A DNA stretch of 64,000 bases from assembly GCA_046563655.1 (NCBI GenBank), contig CM102289.1, positions 7,068,001-7,132,000 of the forward strand, read 5' to 3'. The notes below the pieces were generated by a model. The model saw only the letters and a list, made by a program, of their open reading frames with translations, was not told where the DNA came from and did no database searches. The DNA comes from Yuukianura sp. NJ FZ-2021. Lineage: Eukaryota. Positions 1-12,214 of this stretch are shown piece by piece. The translations under genes were made by a program, and so were the position numbers. Every line of letters starts with the position of its first letter. Positions within the stretch are counted from its first letter, which is position 1.

Positions 1-681
1 TAGCTGCTTTTACATTCTTAGGTTTGCAATGCATATTAATTCTAAGTGCCTTAATACGATTACCATTTGTTATGTATTTCATATTTGATAAAGACAAGAT
101 GAAAAACTGCATTTGTAAAAGTTAGCAGTATTAATAAACGTCACGTTTGACGCAATTCTTTGCAATAGTCTGTTGTTTGCTCTTGGACTAATCCGAATAA
201 GGCTCTGCTAATAATAGCGCAGCGAATTTGTTGCAAAAAAAATTTGCACGGTACATTATAACTATGTGCTTTGCAGAATATGATTCGCACGTGCTACAAG
301 ATAACTTTCCCTGCCACAAAGCTTAAGTTCTACTTGGAATGGAAGTGGTTTCCAGTGTAGGTTTGTGGTAATTGGGACAAAAGTGTAGTCAAGGTAATTG
401 TCTGTTCGCTTGACTTTGTATAGATTTTTAACCTCTACTGAAGTGGACTATTACTATAACTAAAATGCCAAATTGACGAAAGTGGTTGTATAGAAATCAG
501 TTTGCGCAATCTGAACACATCCGTCCAGGTTTTCCTTCCAGGCAATTTAAATTCCGGTTACAACTAGTGCTACTTTAGTTAACACAAATTGTGGTTCTTT
601 TTTCTTCCACTGCAGACAGACAGACTTTTTCTTTAGAAACAGCTGAACAGACAGATCAATACCAAAAAATATCGATTCAAA

Positions 682-1749
682 ATGAAAATCCCTGGTTGGA
701 TTTTTGTGTTGTGGTTTGTGTCTGCATCTTGTGATGAATTTGGGCATGTCAGTTTAGCCAAACCAAGTTACCAAAACACCTTGGAAGAAGCCAGTTACTG
801 CTACGCCCGAGACGACATTTCAGAAATTCGCGCCGGATTTACTTATACACCAAACATCAAACGCGACGGAACAGTTTACATGACTGGAGACGTAAACGAC
901 GTACTAGTAGGACGCATGCCTCCTGGAACTGACATGAAAAACTGGAATGCAGAAGGACTGATTGGAATGGGCGCAGGCGCAATTGGATCAATTTCGAATT
1001 TAGGTGAAGCCTTCTACGTCAACGACATGGCACACGTTCGTTCAACGGATAACAAAAGTGACGCCTATTTTCAAACTATTCGACATTCACAATTTCTAAG
1101 TCCGTTTTCCATGTTTGTCAAAAGTGAAATGGCGGGAGATGGAGTTGCTTCCTATGCACGTCCAAATCAAAGTTCAGCAGAATTTACATTGACGGATCTG
1201 TATGCAAGCATTTATGATGCAGTTGCGCCTGCTCCGTTTTGTTTCCATGGGTTATTCAAATTTAGGCAAATGGAGGGAATTGCAGTGTCAAGGGCTCCGA
1301 TCTATGGTGAGCCTCTTTTTGGACCGAACTTGCGTCGTTATTACATGGAACCGGCATTCCAAATTCCAAATGCAGAGGCCATTGTTTTTGGATGCTCTGG
1401 AAATTTCAGTGCCATTGAAAATGAAAGTGTGAGACAAAAACTTAGTCGTATACTGTATGTCAATCCACATGATCCAGCATCGGCTGGTGAACTGCAAGTA
1501 CACAGTCATGCGCTGACGGTCGTTCCTTGTCGTGTAACAACGGAGAACACGGAACAAAAAGTAACAGAACGTGAACGACCTGGGTCAGTGTACCACCTTC
1601 AGTCAAATTCAAGTATTCAAGAATTTACCGCCAAAGTTTTTACCATCGATGGACCAGAGAAATTACAAGAATTTATGTCGAATTCGGTGTGTACCCATAT
1701 TTTACACCGTTTGATGTTTCTGTTAACGGCTCTGATTTGGGTAGTATAG
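682..1749 (+). CDS. Secreted, possibly GPI-anchored protein with alpha-acetolactate decarboxylase (ALDC)-like metalloenzyme motifs; single coding exon, 355 aa
   Basis: Long uninterrupted ORF with an N-terminal signal peptide (MKIPGWIFVLWFVSASC) and a hydrophobic C-terminal tail (RLMFLLTALIWVV). Colinear ALDC-like blocks: GLIGMG, LGE, SPFSMF, FCFHGLFK, PAFQIPNAEAIVFG, VHSH...YHL. Polypyrimidine/CAG acceptor at about 595-614 and AATAAA at 1903-1908. The CDS is well supported; the fold call comes from a by-eye comparison with recalled ALDC motifs. Confidence 0.75.
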   Translation: MKIPGWIFVLWFVSASCDEFGHVSLAKPSYQNTLEEASYCYARDDISEIRAGFTYTPNIKRDGTVYMTGDVNDVLVGRMPPGTDMKNWNAEGLIGMGAGAIGSISNLGEAFYVNDMAHVRSTDNKSDAYFQTIRHSQFLSPFSMFVKSEMAGDGVASYARPNQSSAEFTLTDLYASIYDAVAPAPFCFHGLFKFRQMEGIAVSRAPIYGEPLFGPNLRRYYMEPAFQIPNAEAIVFGCSGNFSAIENESVRQKLSRILYVNPHDPASAGELQVHSHALTVVPCRVTTENTEQKVTERERPGSVYHLQSNSSIQEFTAKVFTIDGPEKLQEFMSNSVCTHILHRLMFLLTALIWVV

Positions 1750-2423
1750 ATTCATCATGTATACAAACTTTAGCTTCACCTAACTTATAATTAGTAGGCT
1801 TCACTTTCTAAATAAGGTTAAAAATTCAATGTGTTTGTTAAGTTTAAGTTGGTGGAAATCATTCTTAAGACACAGTATTTGAGTTACTATTCTTTCTGAG
1901 TCAATAAAATTGTTTCTAAACTTATACCAGCATAACGTACATGAAATTAACCTTTGACCTTGCCCTTGTTATTACATTATATAAACTACCTTACTACAAT
2001 GTGGTTTCGATAGATTTTAGTTGAATTCATAAAACCTAATTTTGCATCCAATAGACAGAAATGATATGAGCGTCAATTACATTCCTTTAGTTGTTCGCGC
2101 ATGCCAAACATGTTGGTGAAGAATATATTTTTCATGTGCTAAAAACTCAAGGCATATTATGAATGCTGGTAACAGTATTTGCGACGGAACAATAATTTAC
2201 ATTACAAGATAGAATATAGGAGACGAAAATTGAGAAAAAAACCAAATCAACCGCGCAAGTTCAAAACAATATGCAGCGTAGACTTCTAAATGTTACTTCT
2301 TGATTATTTTTGATTTGCAGCTCACTAGTTTATTAAAGCCCGAATTGAAAAAATTAACCTACAATGATCTGCTTCTCACCTAAAGCGGTAAATCTGAACA
2401 ATCGATGTTTGTTTTTAAGCAAT

Positions 2424-5400
2424 CTAAACTTTTGTATCAATTAAGGTTGAATCAATATCTTGAAAATTCGGAAACTCTCTGGCCATGATCTCTTTCAAGC
2501 CTTCTCGCAAGGCTTCAAACGTTGGGCGCCTTTCCGGGACTTTGTGCCAGCATTGTGACATGAGCAGGTAGATGGAATCTGATGCATACTTTGGTCTGGA
2601 CATGCGCAATCCACTTTCCAGTTCTTCCACAAATTCGAGGTTCCAGGAATATCCAGGGTATGGGACTTCTGCTAATGCAAATATTTCCCAAATTGTGACT
2701 CCATAAGCCCAAACGTCTGAAGCAGTGGAGAAGGACAGAAATTTGAGACTTTCAATTGCCATCCATCTCCATGGAAGTGGTTCCTGGTTTAAAAAATGGA
2801 ATCAAATTTTTCAATTTTGATAATGTAGTTTACTCAATTTTTAAAATTTTGATTCATATTGATGCGGGTATACCTGATTTCGTTTGACGTAGTTTGAATA
2901 ATCGTACAGTTGGCGGGATAATCCGAAATCGGTGATTCGGACATTTTTGTTTTCATCTACAAGGACATTCCTGGCAGCCAAATCTCCGTGAATAACTTTT
3001 TTGCTACTCAAGTAGTCCATACCGTCAGCAATTTGAATTGACCATTTCAACAAATCATCAGTCGAAAAACTGTTTGGATCTAACCGATTTGCAATAGTGT
3101 TCATGTACTCTCTACACAAGAAATTACTTTGATTTATTAACTTTTGAAGTAAAACTTCACTTAATTAAAAACATATTTTGGTTTTGATTTAATTGCTTAC
3201 GTGGATCCAAGTAACAAAGTCTTGTTTGCCCGTAAGTAACTTTCAAGGCTTCCATTTTCAATGAACTTGACAAACACGTAAACGATTCCTAAAATATAAG
3301 AAAAAAGCTCAATTCGCAAAGCCTTCTGGATTTTGTAATGTGTCTAAAAATACTTTGATTTTCAAGGTTTATATAAAACCTTTTGAAAGTTCCTTGGTGT
3401 ATGCACCCAAGATTTCAATTAGATGAGGATGCTTTCCCAAGTAAATCATAATTTTCAATTCGGACAAAAGTGCTTTGAGATACTGTTTGTCAGCATTTCT
3501 TTTCACGGTCTTTACTGCCACCTTTTGATCATCCAATGATCCACGCAACACCATTCCATAAGCTCCACTCCCCAACACATTCGTCATGTCTGGCAATTAA
3601 TCATGGTTTACTTTAGTACAACAAATTTTTGAAAAAGTTTGTCAAAAAGTTCGAATCGTGAATTACCGACTCTGAAATGACTTGGTGAAATTTCATAGTC
3701 TCCAGTGTATGGCACCAAATGAGCAAAATCATGCGCATATTCTCCCTTGTTCGATGAAAATTCTCCTTCTTTGAGCCCATTCATAAACTCCTCGATTTCC
3801 TCTCGAGTTAATCCAGTCTTTAAAATTTAGGCGAATATGTATATTTATGTAATATTAAGAAATATGCATTTATAATTTTATGGTCTGTGTTGAAAAAATT
3901 TGATTTGTGTGTTGTCATGATTTGTTACCTTTTCCGGTTTAAAGTATCTTATGTAAATGTAGGCTCCCAGAATTGTTATGATGAAGACAATGACAGGAAT
4001 CATGATGACAACGCCGATATGTAGTCCACCGCCGGCGTTGCTATCAGAGGCTGTTGAAAACGTAAAAATATGTTATATGTAGTTTGCTAATGTTTCAAAA
4101 CATTTTCAAGTTCATTTTTTTAAGATTCGACACCGTTGCATTTTTCAAATACAGATTGACAAAAATCTTTTACCGTCGTACACCTCTACAATGAATTGTT
4201 TCTCAGCAGTTCCAAGGTCATTTGTAGCAACACAAACGTAAATTCCTTCTGTAGAATCGTCAATTTTGTCTAGTTCCAGATTAAGCATATTTCGGCGTGA
4301 CTGTGTAAGCACTACCTACAATGTCCAAATTTAAACCGAAAGACTTAACTTTTTATAAGAATTTTTAAAATTATTTACTCCATCTTTTTTGAAGTAGAGG
4401 ACAGGTTCGGGTGTTCCCTCAGCTTCACATCTAATACTGCCAACTATTCCGGCGTTTCTGGGGAAATTGAATTCCGTTTTCGTAGTCGAAATTTTTGGAG
4501 GAACTCCATCTGAAAATTCCAGTCACTTTATGAATTCAAAATTGAACAATAGCGGGTACTGAACGTTTTTAAAGTTTGGTTTACCATTTTGATCTAATTT
4601 CATTGAAATTTCTCTGAACCATGAGGAATACCAATAGGATCCGTGACAGGATACGTTTTGCATATCACGAGTAATGTTGAGCCTCAAAACGGAAACATCC
4701 TGCGTCAGGTTGTAATCAATTAGTTCTGAAAAAATAAAAACAATAAAATAATAAATATAAGAGTGAAATCTGTCATTAACTAATTAAAATGCCTTAAATT
4801 TACACAGATACCTCTCACTCGAGACCCATCTGTCCTTATCGTGTACCAAACAACTGGCTTAGATACAACAGGAATGTTCACCTTACAGAAAAATCCCACT
4901 TCAGTTCCAGTGTAAACTTGTTTAACGTTATCCAGTAATCCTAACACAAAGTGAGTTGCGATGGCCGATTTACTTCGGTCAAATGTAGCCCAATCTGGAA
5001 ATTTTCAAATACATATAAAATCAGATTTTTTTTTTTAAATTGAAATATTTTACTCACCTCTTCCAAATCCAAACTGAACATCAACGTGAACTGTAACAGA
5101 AGTTCCAAAATCAGCAATCAACATGCTATGACCGTAACGACAGAAAATTGTAAGCATGCGCTCGGTCGTTGCACTTGAAATTTCCATTTTAGTTGTGAGT
5201 ACATCAGGATGACTTGCTGACCTCGCCGTGTAACTCCTGTTACAGTATTCCTGTCACAAGTCAGAGGTCAAACTTTAATTTTTAAAAATTAAATAGCACC
5301 GTTTCAATTACAGACAATTACAGACTTACAGGTAACGCAAACAGTTGTCTCAGACGCATAAATCCAAAATTTTGCATGGGAACTGCAATGACAACTTGGT

Positions 5401-6593
5401 TTTCGTACTCTTGATCGTTACCAAAAACTCGTTTGCAACCAGATTTGATTGAAGTGTATGCTCCGTAGTTTTGCTTATTAAGGTCAATTCGAATTTCGCT
5501 CCAGTCTTTACTGATCTCTTTAAATCCGTACAAGTACGTTGTTTGTGTGGGGTCGTAGGGTAGAGTCAAAGTGTCCACAGTTTCTCCTTTGAGTCCTTTG
5601 TTCTTTAGCACGCAAGTATATGTTCCTTCAAAGGATTGTTGTCCAGGTTGCGCGGGAATTTTGAAGCCACGCACGGGGTTGAATGTGTAGCCGGCGACTG
5701 GTAATGTGCCGGTAAGTTCAACGCTTGTTTCCCAGTGACTGGAAATGCATGGAAGTAAAAGGAAATTTTGTTCAATAGTAGCCACTGTCTCGATGTTTCG
5801 CAGAAACTCCGGTTTAGCTCCATCTACACGCGAATGAAAGTTTCCAAAAAATTTGAGATGAGTATTTCTGAAAATTCAATTTTTAAGTGAGATTTACCTT
5901 CTAAAATCAAATGAAATGCAACGCTCGGATAAGTAGTTGCGTTGAATATTGCTGGAAACTGAAAACTTCCTGAACGTGGGTAGTCATATTTGTGTGGATA
6001 CGGAATGCCATCTCGTTTGTCCACAAACAAACTGTTTTCTGGATTGTTGTAGTAATTGTAAAGTGCTTGCACGCTGTAGACTTCCGCTTCAACAACAAAT
6101 CGGTTCAGAGGACTTTCAATTGTTGGTGAATCCTTGTCGATTTCTTTCCACCAATTCACAAAAATTGCTTCATTCGGCTTAAAAAACAGTTCAAACATTT
6201 TTTAAATATTTTTACTGATGTTATTTAACTAAAAGTTTTACTTACTACGACTCCATTGTACTTAAAATCAATAGGGTAGGCCGCTGAACACTGAATTTTG
6301 AAAATGTTAAAATCCCCTTGCACTCTTAAAACTGGAGAAGCGTCTCCTAATACGGTTTCGTTTTTGATACAGTTAATTTTTGGAGCCGCTTCAACATCAT
6401 CCAAGAATTTGATTTTGAATTCACACCTTGGGCCGTTTCCAGTCCCAGCTTTATCCAAATCGAAGCATTTCCGAGCTTTTTTAAAAACGACAAATTTCGA
6501 ATCCGGTTCTTCGGGACTTGCGAGGTTTTGAGCACGCAATTCCGTTGTACAGTGGGTGAGTGTTAGGAAAATTACTACGAATAGAATCATCAT
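2424..6593 (-). CDS. PVR/VEGFR-like receptor tyrosine kinase (Ig-like ectodomain, TM, kinase), multi-exon
   Basis: Signal peptide [15 protein letters not shown] at 6593. Ig motifs CEAEGTPEP and GIYVCVATN (about 4200-4440). TM exon about 3929-4051 ([23 protein letters not shown]). Kinase motifs [61 protein letters not shown] introns keep the frame where checked. Confidence 0.92.
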
Positions 6594-7199
6594 TTTTAGA
6601 AAAAATTATTTTAAAACACAACAATTTAGTTTATTTTTTGGATTGAAAAGACATGTCGAGGAACATAAAATCGGCGTCTAATAAGTCTACGCGTCCAGGA
6701 TAAGGATGTGGTTTGACGAAACAATTTTTTTTTGTATTTTAGTAAGTTTGATTTCATTTATTTTCAATTTTTGCCTTGCAAATTTTCTTGCAAAACCACA
6801 CAAATACGGATGCAATATGTTCATTGACGTAGTTACATCCATTCTATTCAGATTTCTGTGAAAAATATGAGACATTTTAGACAATTTTGTGACATTTTAA
6901 GAATTGTAAGACCGCAATTTCTTCAAAACTTTTGATGGTTTGGTGTTTTTTCAGCTTCTTGAAAACTTCTTGGATTGGCTCAAGCAATTAACAGAGGTGT
7001 TTTGAAATATCAAAAATTGAACTTAAATTGCAAAATAACCAAAGAACATTTTTTACACGAAAACCATGTCTAGCATTGCGCGATAAATACTAAATGATGC
7101 GATGTAGAAAATACTTCTCTTTTATTTATATAAAGCTCCAGCTAGACAAACGCTGTTCATTCCACTCCGGAAGTTTTCAGTGTCAAAAGGCATCATAAC

Positions 7200-8482
7200 A
7201 TGATTTCTAGGGCGTCACTAGCACCACTGCTTTTAGTTTTAAGATTTGGCTACAATTTGTCAATTTTACCTTACAATTGGAATCCAACGAAAAGCCAATT
7301 CAGTAAACTGAATCAAAAGCAAAAACGCAAATTTCAAATTTTAAGCTCCATTCTTATTTTTCTAAAAGTCGTAACGGGGATTTTTATTATTTGGAACTGC
7401 TACAAGGACTTCTCAATCAAAATTCTTGGAGACATCATTTTGGCTGTATTTTTTATCAGTATTTACGCCATAACGTTTGCTGATGAGTCGGTATTTTTAG
7501 GCAAAACTCAAGAGACGGAAAGCCTACTGAATTCATTGCTGTTTACGAACAAGTATGCAGGTAAGTTATAAAACTTTAAATATCATAAGCTTTTTGTCAA
7601 AGTCAAGGTAAATTTTTCATTCTGTAGCAAAAATTCTAAATGTGGATGAAAACGGAAAAGATGGATTGGAGTTAATCACTACATCAATGCTCCTCTGTCC
7701 CATTGGTTGCATGTTGGTTGCTTTCCCGGGAGTTGTATTTGCAGTGACCTATGACCTTCCGATGTTTCGATTTTACAACACTGGTTCCATTTGGATAACA
7801 CTAATCGTCGGGTTGTATTTCACTCTTGACTTAACTCATGATTGGACAGTCAATATTGGAAACGTTTTCACGCTTATTATTTACATAAACTCTACAATTT
7901 TATGGCAATTGAAACTTGCCTCAGTTTGGTAAGACATTTTTTGAAAGTTTAAACTTCAAAGGCATTGCAAATTTTAGCTTCGAAATTTGCTGTTTTTGAA
8001 CTAGGACTGGAAACGTTTCGAAGGCAAGAAACGATGAACTGCTTTTGCTACGCCGTATATTTGAAGTTCAGCATAAAATTTTCGGTGACTCCAGTGGTTA
8101 CATTATACCAGTTATCATTCCAATTTCTGAATTTATAGCAATTTCATCGATTTTTTCTCTTCTCCGATTCTCTGGAAAATTTCATCCATTAATTGGCGGT
8201 GTAATTGGATCTGTTGCTGTTTTTTGCGTAGGTGCAATGCAATTTGGTCTTGGGCCAGGGGGTTTCGTGGCTGATAGTTCCAGGCTAAGTGTTTCAGTTA
8301 CAGCCGGAACAATTGAACCAATCAAAATTTTGCAAAGAAAAGGAATTTTCTTGGCTGGTCGCCCATTGAAAATTGGAATGGGCGGCTCCATGTACATGAC
8401 CAAGAATACGCTCATCAATATTGCCCAAGACATAATCATTAGCAGCGTCATCAACCTCCTGGTTACCTTCCCTCAGCCTTGA
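7200..8482 (+). CDS. Divergent gustatory/odorant-receptor-superfamily 7TM chemoreceptor; exons 7200-7560, 7628-7928, 8005-8482 (379 aa)
   Basis: Three exons join in frame through GT-AG introns. Multiple hydrophobic helices. The C-terminus RPLKIGMGGSMYMTKNTLINIAQDIIISSVINLLV resembles the GR/OR TM7 region. TATA-like TATATAAA at about 7127. Confidence 0.65.
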
Positions 8483-8902
8483 TCATATACGTTTTAGTCC
8501 AAGTTAGTGCTTTGCAATAACGTAAAACAAAGCGTAGAAAAAAAAAGTCGAAAATATAGAATACCGACAAAAAATGTGTCATATTGATGAGGCTTCAAAA
8601 GACATTACATCAACGTTTTACGGTAAATGCTCCACCAGTTGATTAATATTTGGCAAATGTCATAACAACACAGCATGCCACAAGCCTTGGATTTTACAAC
8701 AACAAAACATTCACAACACACACGCTGAATTATGGTAATTATCGTTTACAACAATTCGGATCAATTCTACAGATAGATTTGATAGGCAGAGACCTTGCGT
8801 CATTGTCTCCAAATTTTGAGAAAGAGTAAACTTTTTGGCTACACTTTAAAAGGTAACTAAAGTTCAAAATTTTAATTAGCAATGTAATCTTGGAGCTTAC
8901 TT

Positions 8903-9643
8903 ATGAAGATGATGTTTTCAGAGAACTCTAAATTTGAAATGACGCCTTTACAACAATTTTCGTGGCAAAATTTGCGAAGGTGCATGTCACCCACAGCTCT
9001 GGAAAAGAGAGAAGAGCAGAAACGACTTTTGGCAGCATGTATCCAGTGTCTTCTGTTCTGCGTCACTTTTGGAATTGTAGTTGCCGGAATTGCTTTTGTT
9101 ATCACAACAAGTCTGGATGTCTGTGTCTGCCCGCTTGATGCCACAGACTACTTCAAAGTCTTCTTCTACTCGGCAGTCACATTTCCTTTTCTATACATCG
9201 GTACTTACAAGGCTTCAACACAAACGCAAACTAAAATTCCAGCGCGAATTACTTGGAGGTGCCAGGAAACAGAAGATTGTGGAGAATATGAGGATTGTGC
9301 CGATTGTTTGGACGCTTGCGTAGAAACAGAGGAGGACTGCAGGGGGGTTCAGACTGAACCGATGTGCTCATGCGCCCAACAAACACAAACTACGGGCGGA
9401 GGTGGCTGCGTCAAAAAATCTGTGCGTTACATGGATGTCTTTCCAGAAGAAGATCAAAGGGAATCGACTGACTCAACTTACGAATGCGAGTATTGCAAGG
9501 TACACCAATTGACTTTTTCTGACGCGTTTGATCGTTGGAGGGACGAATGCGTCCGGAAAGCATTCTGCAAAGACTGTCCCAGGGAACCTCCAAAACCGTG
9601 CAAGCGATTACATGAAATCTTTGGAACCGACCTGCGTTGTTGA
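8903..9643 (+). CDS. Intronless cysteine-rich protein with two predicted TM segments, function unknown (246 aa)
   Basis: 741-bp ATG-initiated ORF, GC-richer than its flanks. Two hydrophobic stretches followed by an acidic Cys-rich region with several CxxC motifs. Confidence 0.65.
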   Translation: MKMMFSENSKFEMTPLQQFSWQNLRRCMSPTALEKREEQKRLLAACIQCLLFCVTFGIVVAGIAFVITTSLDVCVCPLDATDYFKVFFYSAVTFPFLYIGTYKASTQTQTKIPARITWRCQETEDCGEYEDCADCLDACVETEEDCRGVQTEPMCSCAQQTQTTGGGGCVKKSVRYMDVFPEEDQRESTDSTYECEYCKVHQLTFSDAFDRWRDECVRKAFCKDCPREPPKPCKRLHEIFGTDLRC

Positions 9644-9842
9644 ACTAAAAATGACTCTCTAAGTTAAACGTTTACTGTATTAAATACGAGAAGAAATTGA
9701 GAAAAAGTAATGATGTTTAAAAAGGTTAAATGCTATGCTGCATCAAATTAAAAAAAATGAACTGAATGTACCTACACAGCCTTCTTACCATCTGACTGTG
9801 TTAAAAATTACTTAGTAATTTATGCTTCACTTTGCTGAGCAT

Positions 9843-10625
9843 TAGGGGTCGCAAAGTCGACTTTTCGAGTAAAGTCGAAGTCGATTTCTTGACCATTTTT
9901 TGGAAAGTCGAAAGTCGACTTTACAACTTTCGAAATTCGACTTTGCCTTAAAAAATGAGGTAATTTGAGCCTAGGAAAGCGACATGCAACTTAATGCCTA
10001 AGCACTGTAAATCATTTATTAATTGAAAACAAATTAGTTATTTTCCTTTTCGGGGTATTCGCAATATGATGAATACATCCGGGTTTGAAAATTTTGAACC
10101 CGGATTTGAGTTTAGTTTAAGGCATTGACGGTACTTGTGGCAATTTTTAATGAACCTGCGAATTATGTTCGCACCATAGACAAATTCTAGAAACCATATT
10201 CAACATATCGAAATTCGAAATGTGCATTTAAAAAAAAAACAGATTTAAACAAAAAGAATTTCTTAAGTTTTCCCAGTTTTCGTGCAGATATTTGAATAGT
10301 CTTAACCCATTAATCAACATTTTCATTTCGGTGTTTAAACCCCACCTTTTGTTGCTAACTAAAAAAAATATTTAAAAAATATATATAAAAAATTATGCAT
10401 GAGTGTTTGTCCGAAAAATCCGGATCAGAAACCATATTTGGTCCGCAAAAATCCGAAATCCGTGTATTTTTGAAAATCATGCGGATTTGGAATGTGATTT
10501 TTAGTTTTCTTTCGGGGCATTCTATTGAAGGTTCAAAGTCGACTCCAAAGTCGACTCTAAAGTCGAAACTCAATTCCCAGAGTCGAAAGTCGACTTTGAG
10601 ATTTCGTTCGACTTTGCGACCCCTA
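9843..10625. mobile_element. Non-autonomous hAT-superfamily DNA transposon (MITE-like), 783 bp
   Basis: Perfect 18-bp TIRs TAGGGGTCGCAAAGTCGA (9843-9860 and 10608-10625). 8-bp TSD CTGAGCAT (9835-9842 and 10626-10633). Subterminal AAGTCGA/TCGACT repeats at both ends. No transposase ORF. Confidence 0.93.
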
Positions 10626-10746
10626 CTGAGCATGCGCTGATTTCGAAAGAAAAAAATCTAGTAATTTTAGTTTTACTCAACCCAAACTGCTTTTTTTAAT
10701 GTTTAACTGCATTTTCCACATTTAGTTTTACTTTTCCTATTTTAAT

Positions 10747-12214
10747 TTACAAATTCCTGTACATGTATGAAAACTTATGCACTGCTTTCGTCCGTAAAAT
10801 TCGAATGTTGAAGTCGTTCACGTCATAACCCTGAACAAGGAAGCGCCCAAGCTTATTTGAAATGAACAGAACGTGACCCTGGTTATCCAAGCTTGCAGAA
10901 TCAATGAATTCCATGTCCACGTCACTATGACGGTAAGCGTAGTCACTAGCGTTAGTTCTCCTTCCGCCGTTGGCGTTCGTATCCCATCGAGCTAACGCAT
11001 TATTTGAAAGTTCACTGTGATATAAAATCCCGCCAGAATCTACGGCATGTCCATCGGTTTGGGACAGTCCAACTCCATGGTTCTGGATGTCTTCAGTTCT
11101 CAACATTGTAAGTTGATTAATAGCTGCGGTGTTAAGGATTCCGGTAGCGACGGAGTAAAAACTAAAACTTGAAACGGGGGAGTAGTAGAGCCGAGCAAAC
11201 CCGGCGTCAAAAGGTGACAATCCAATTCCGTTTACACCAAAACCAACAACTGGAAATGTGACACCTAACGAAATCAATTTGGATAAAAATTTCACAATTC
11301 TGAGCGTAGCGTGAGAAAAAAGTTACCATTTGCAGTACAATTGCCTGCGGCTGGATCTGGAATCATCGTTTTGTGTGTGACGGCCCACGATTTGTCTTTA
11401 AAGTAATCGTAAACAATAATCGTATTCTGAAGCGTGTCGGTGATGTAGGCGTAACAGAAAAATGGATTTTTACAAGCCACGACAATGTCATCTAAAAATC
11501 CAGCAGTACGTGAAGCGACTTCTGGCGGGAAAATGTGCTTTCTAAGAACTGCGCCAGTTGCCAGTGCAATAATTACGAGTTTGGGTGGACACAAATGAGT
11601 GATATTATCGGTGAATAAGTTGATTAATCCTGCATCGATTACCCACATTCTCCCAGACTGGTCAATTTCAATGCTTTGAACAAATTGAAACGCGTCACAG
11701 TTGCCAATTTGTTGCATGGCCCAATTTGGATAAGCTTCCAGTTTGTGGTGAACTTTCGTTTTGGCTTTACTACCCGGATTATAACTAGCTCTGGCCAGAG
11801 TCACTGGAACTCCTGGACGAAATCTCCCAACTGCTAAGTAGATCTGGTTTTCCCAAACTTTAGCTGTACTTAAAACGTTATTGGCGGGAATAAAAGCGCC
11901 ATTTTGAAAAGCTTTTCGTCGCGCTGATGTCGTGGGGAATTTGAAATCCAAAGTCTTCCATTTGTAAAGAACGCTGTAGTTGTGCTTGTTCTTTGATGCT
12001 GTCACTTGAGTAACTGTATTGAGGAAGTACAAAATGTACAGCGTGACCCACAACCACCGGTCAAACTTAGTTCGGAAGTTCCTAGAAATAGAAAGTGACT
12101 CAAAGTTGAAATTTTTGTAACAATTACAAATTTAAGTATTTTTACAACTTCAAAGCCCGGTGAAAATCGTTCTCGATGTTTTGTAACTTACCAAGTACCA
12201 CTTAAAATCATCAT
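10747..12214 (-). CDS. Yellow / major royal jelly protein family; exons 12214-12192, 12081-11327, 11264-10747
   Basis: Motifs YKWKTLDF, GVPVTL, LEAYPNW, MWVIDAG, CPPKLV, AYITD, IVYD. The first micro-exon (MMILSGTW, donor GTAAGT) splices in frame to the acceptor at 12081; the 5' end is less certain than the rest. Confidence 0.9.

Noticed and set aside
682..1749. Bacterial contamination as the source of the ALDC-like ORF
   Set aside because: Eukaryotic-style flanks (splice acceptor, AATAAA), no operon context, and contiguity with intron-containing genes; read-level confirmation is still needed.
2960..3000. HGD instead of HRD suggesting a pseudokinase
   Set aside because: HGDLAARN is normal for arthropod PVR-type kinases; the VAVK Lys, catalytic Asp and DFG are intact.
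10355..10640. Two short ORFs in the transposon end
   Set aside because: They overlap the TIR and subterminal repeats and show no transposase motifs.
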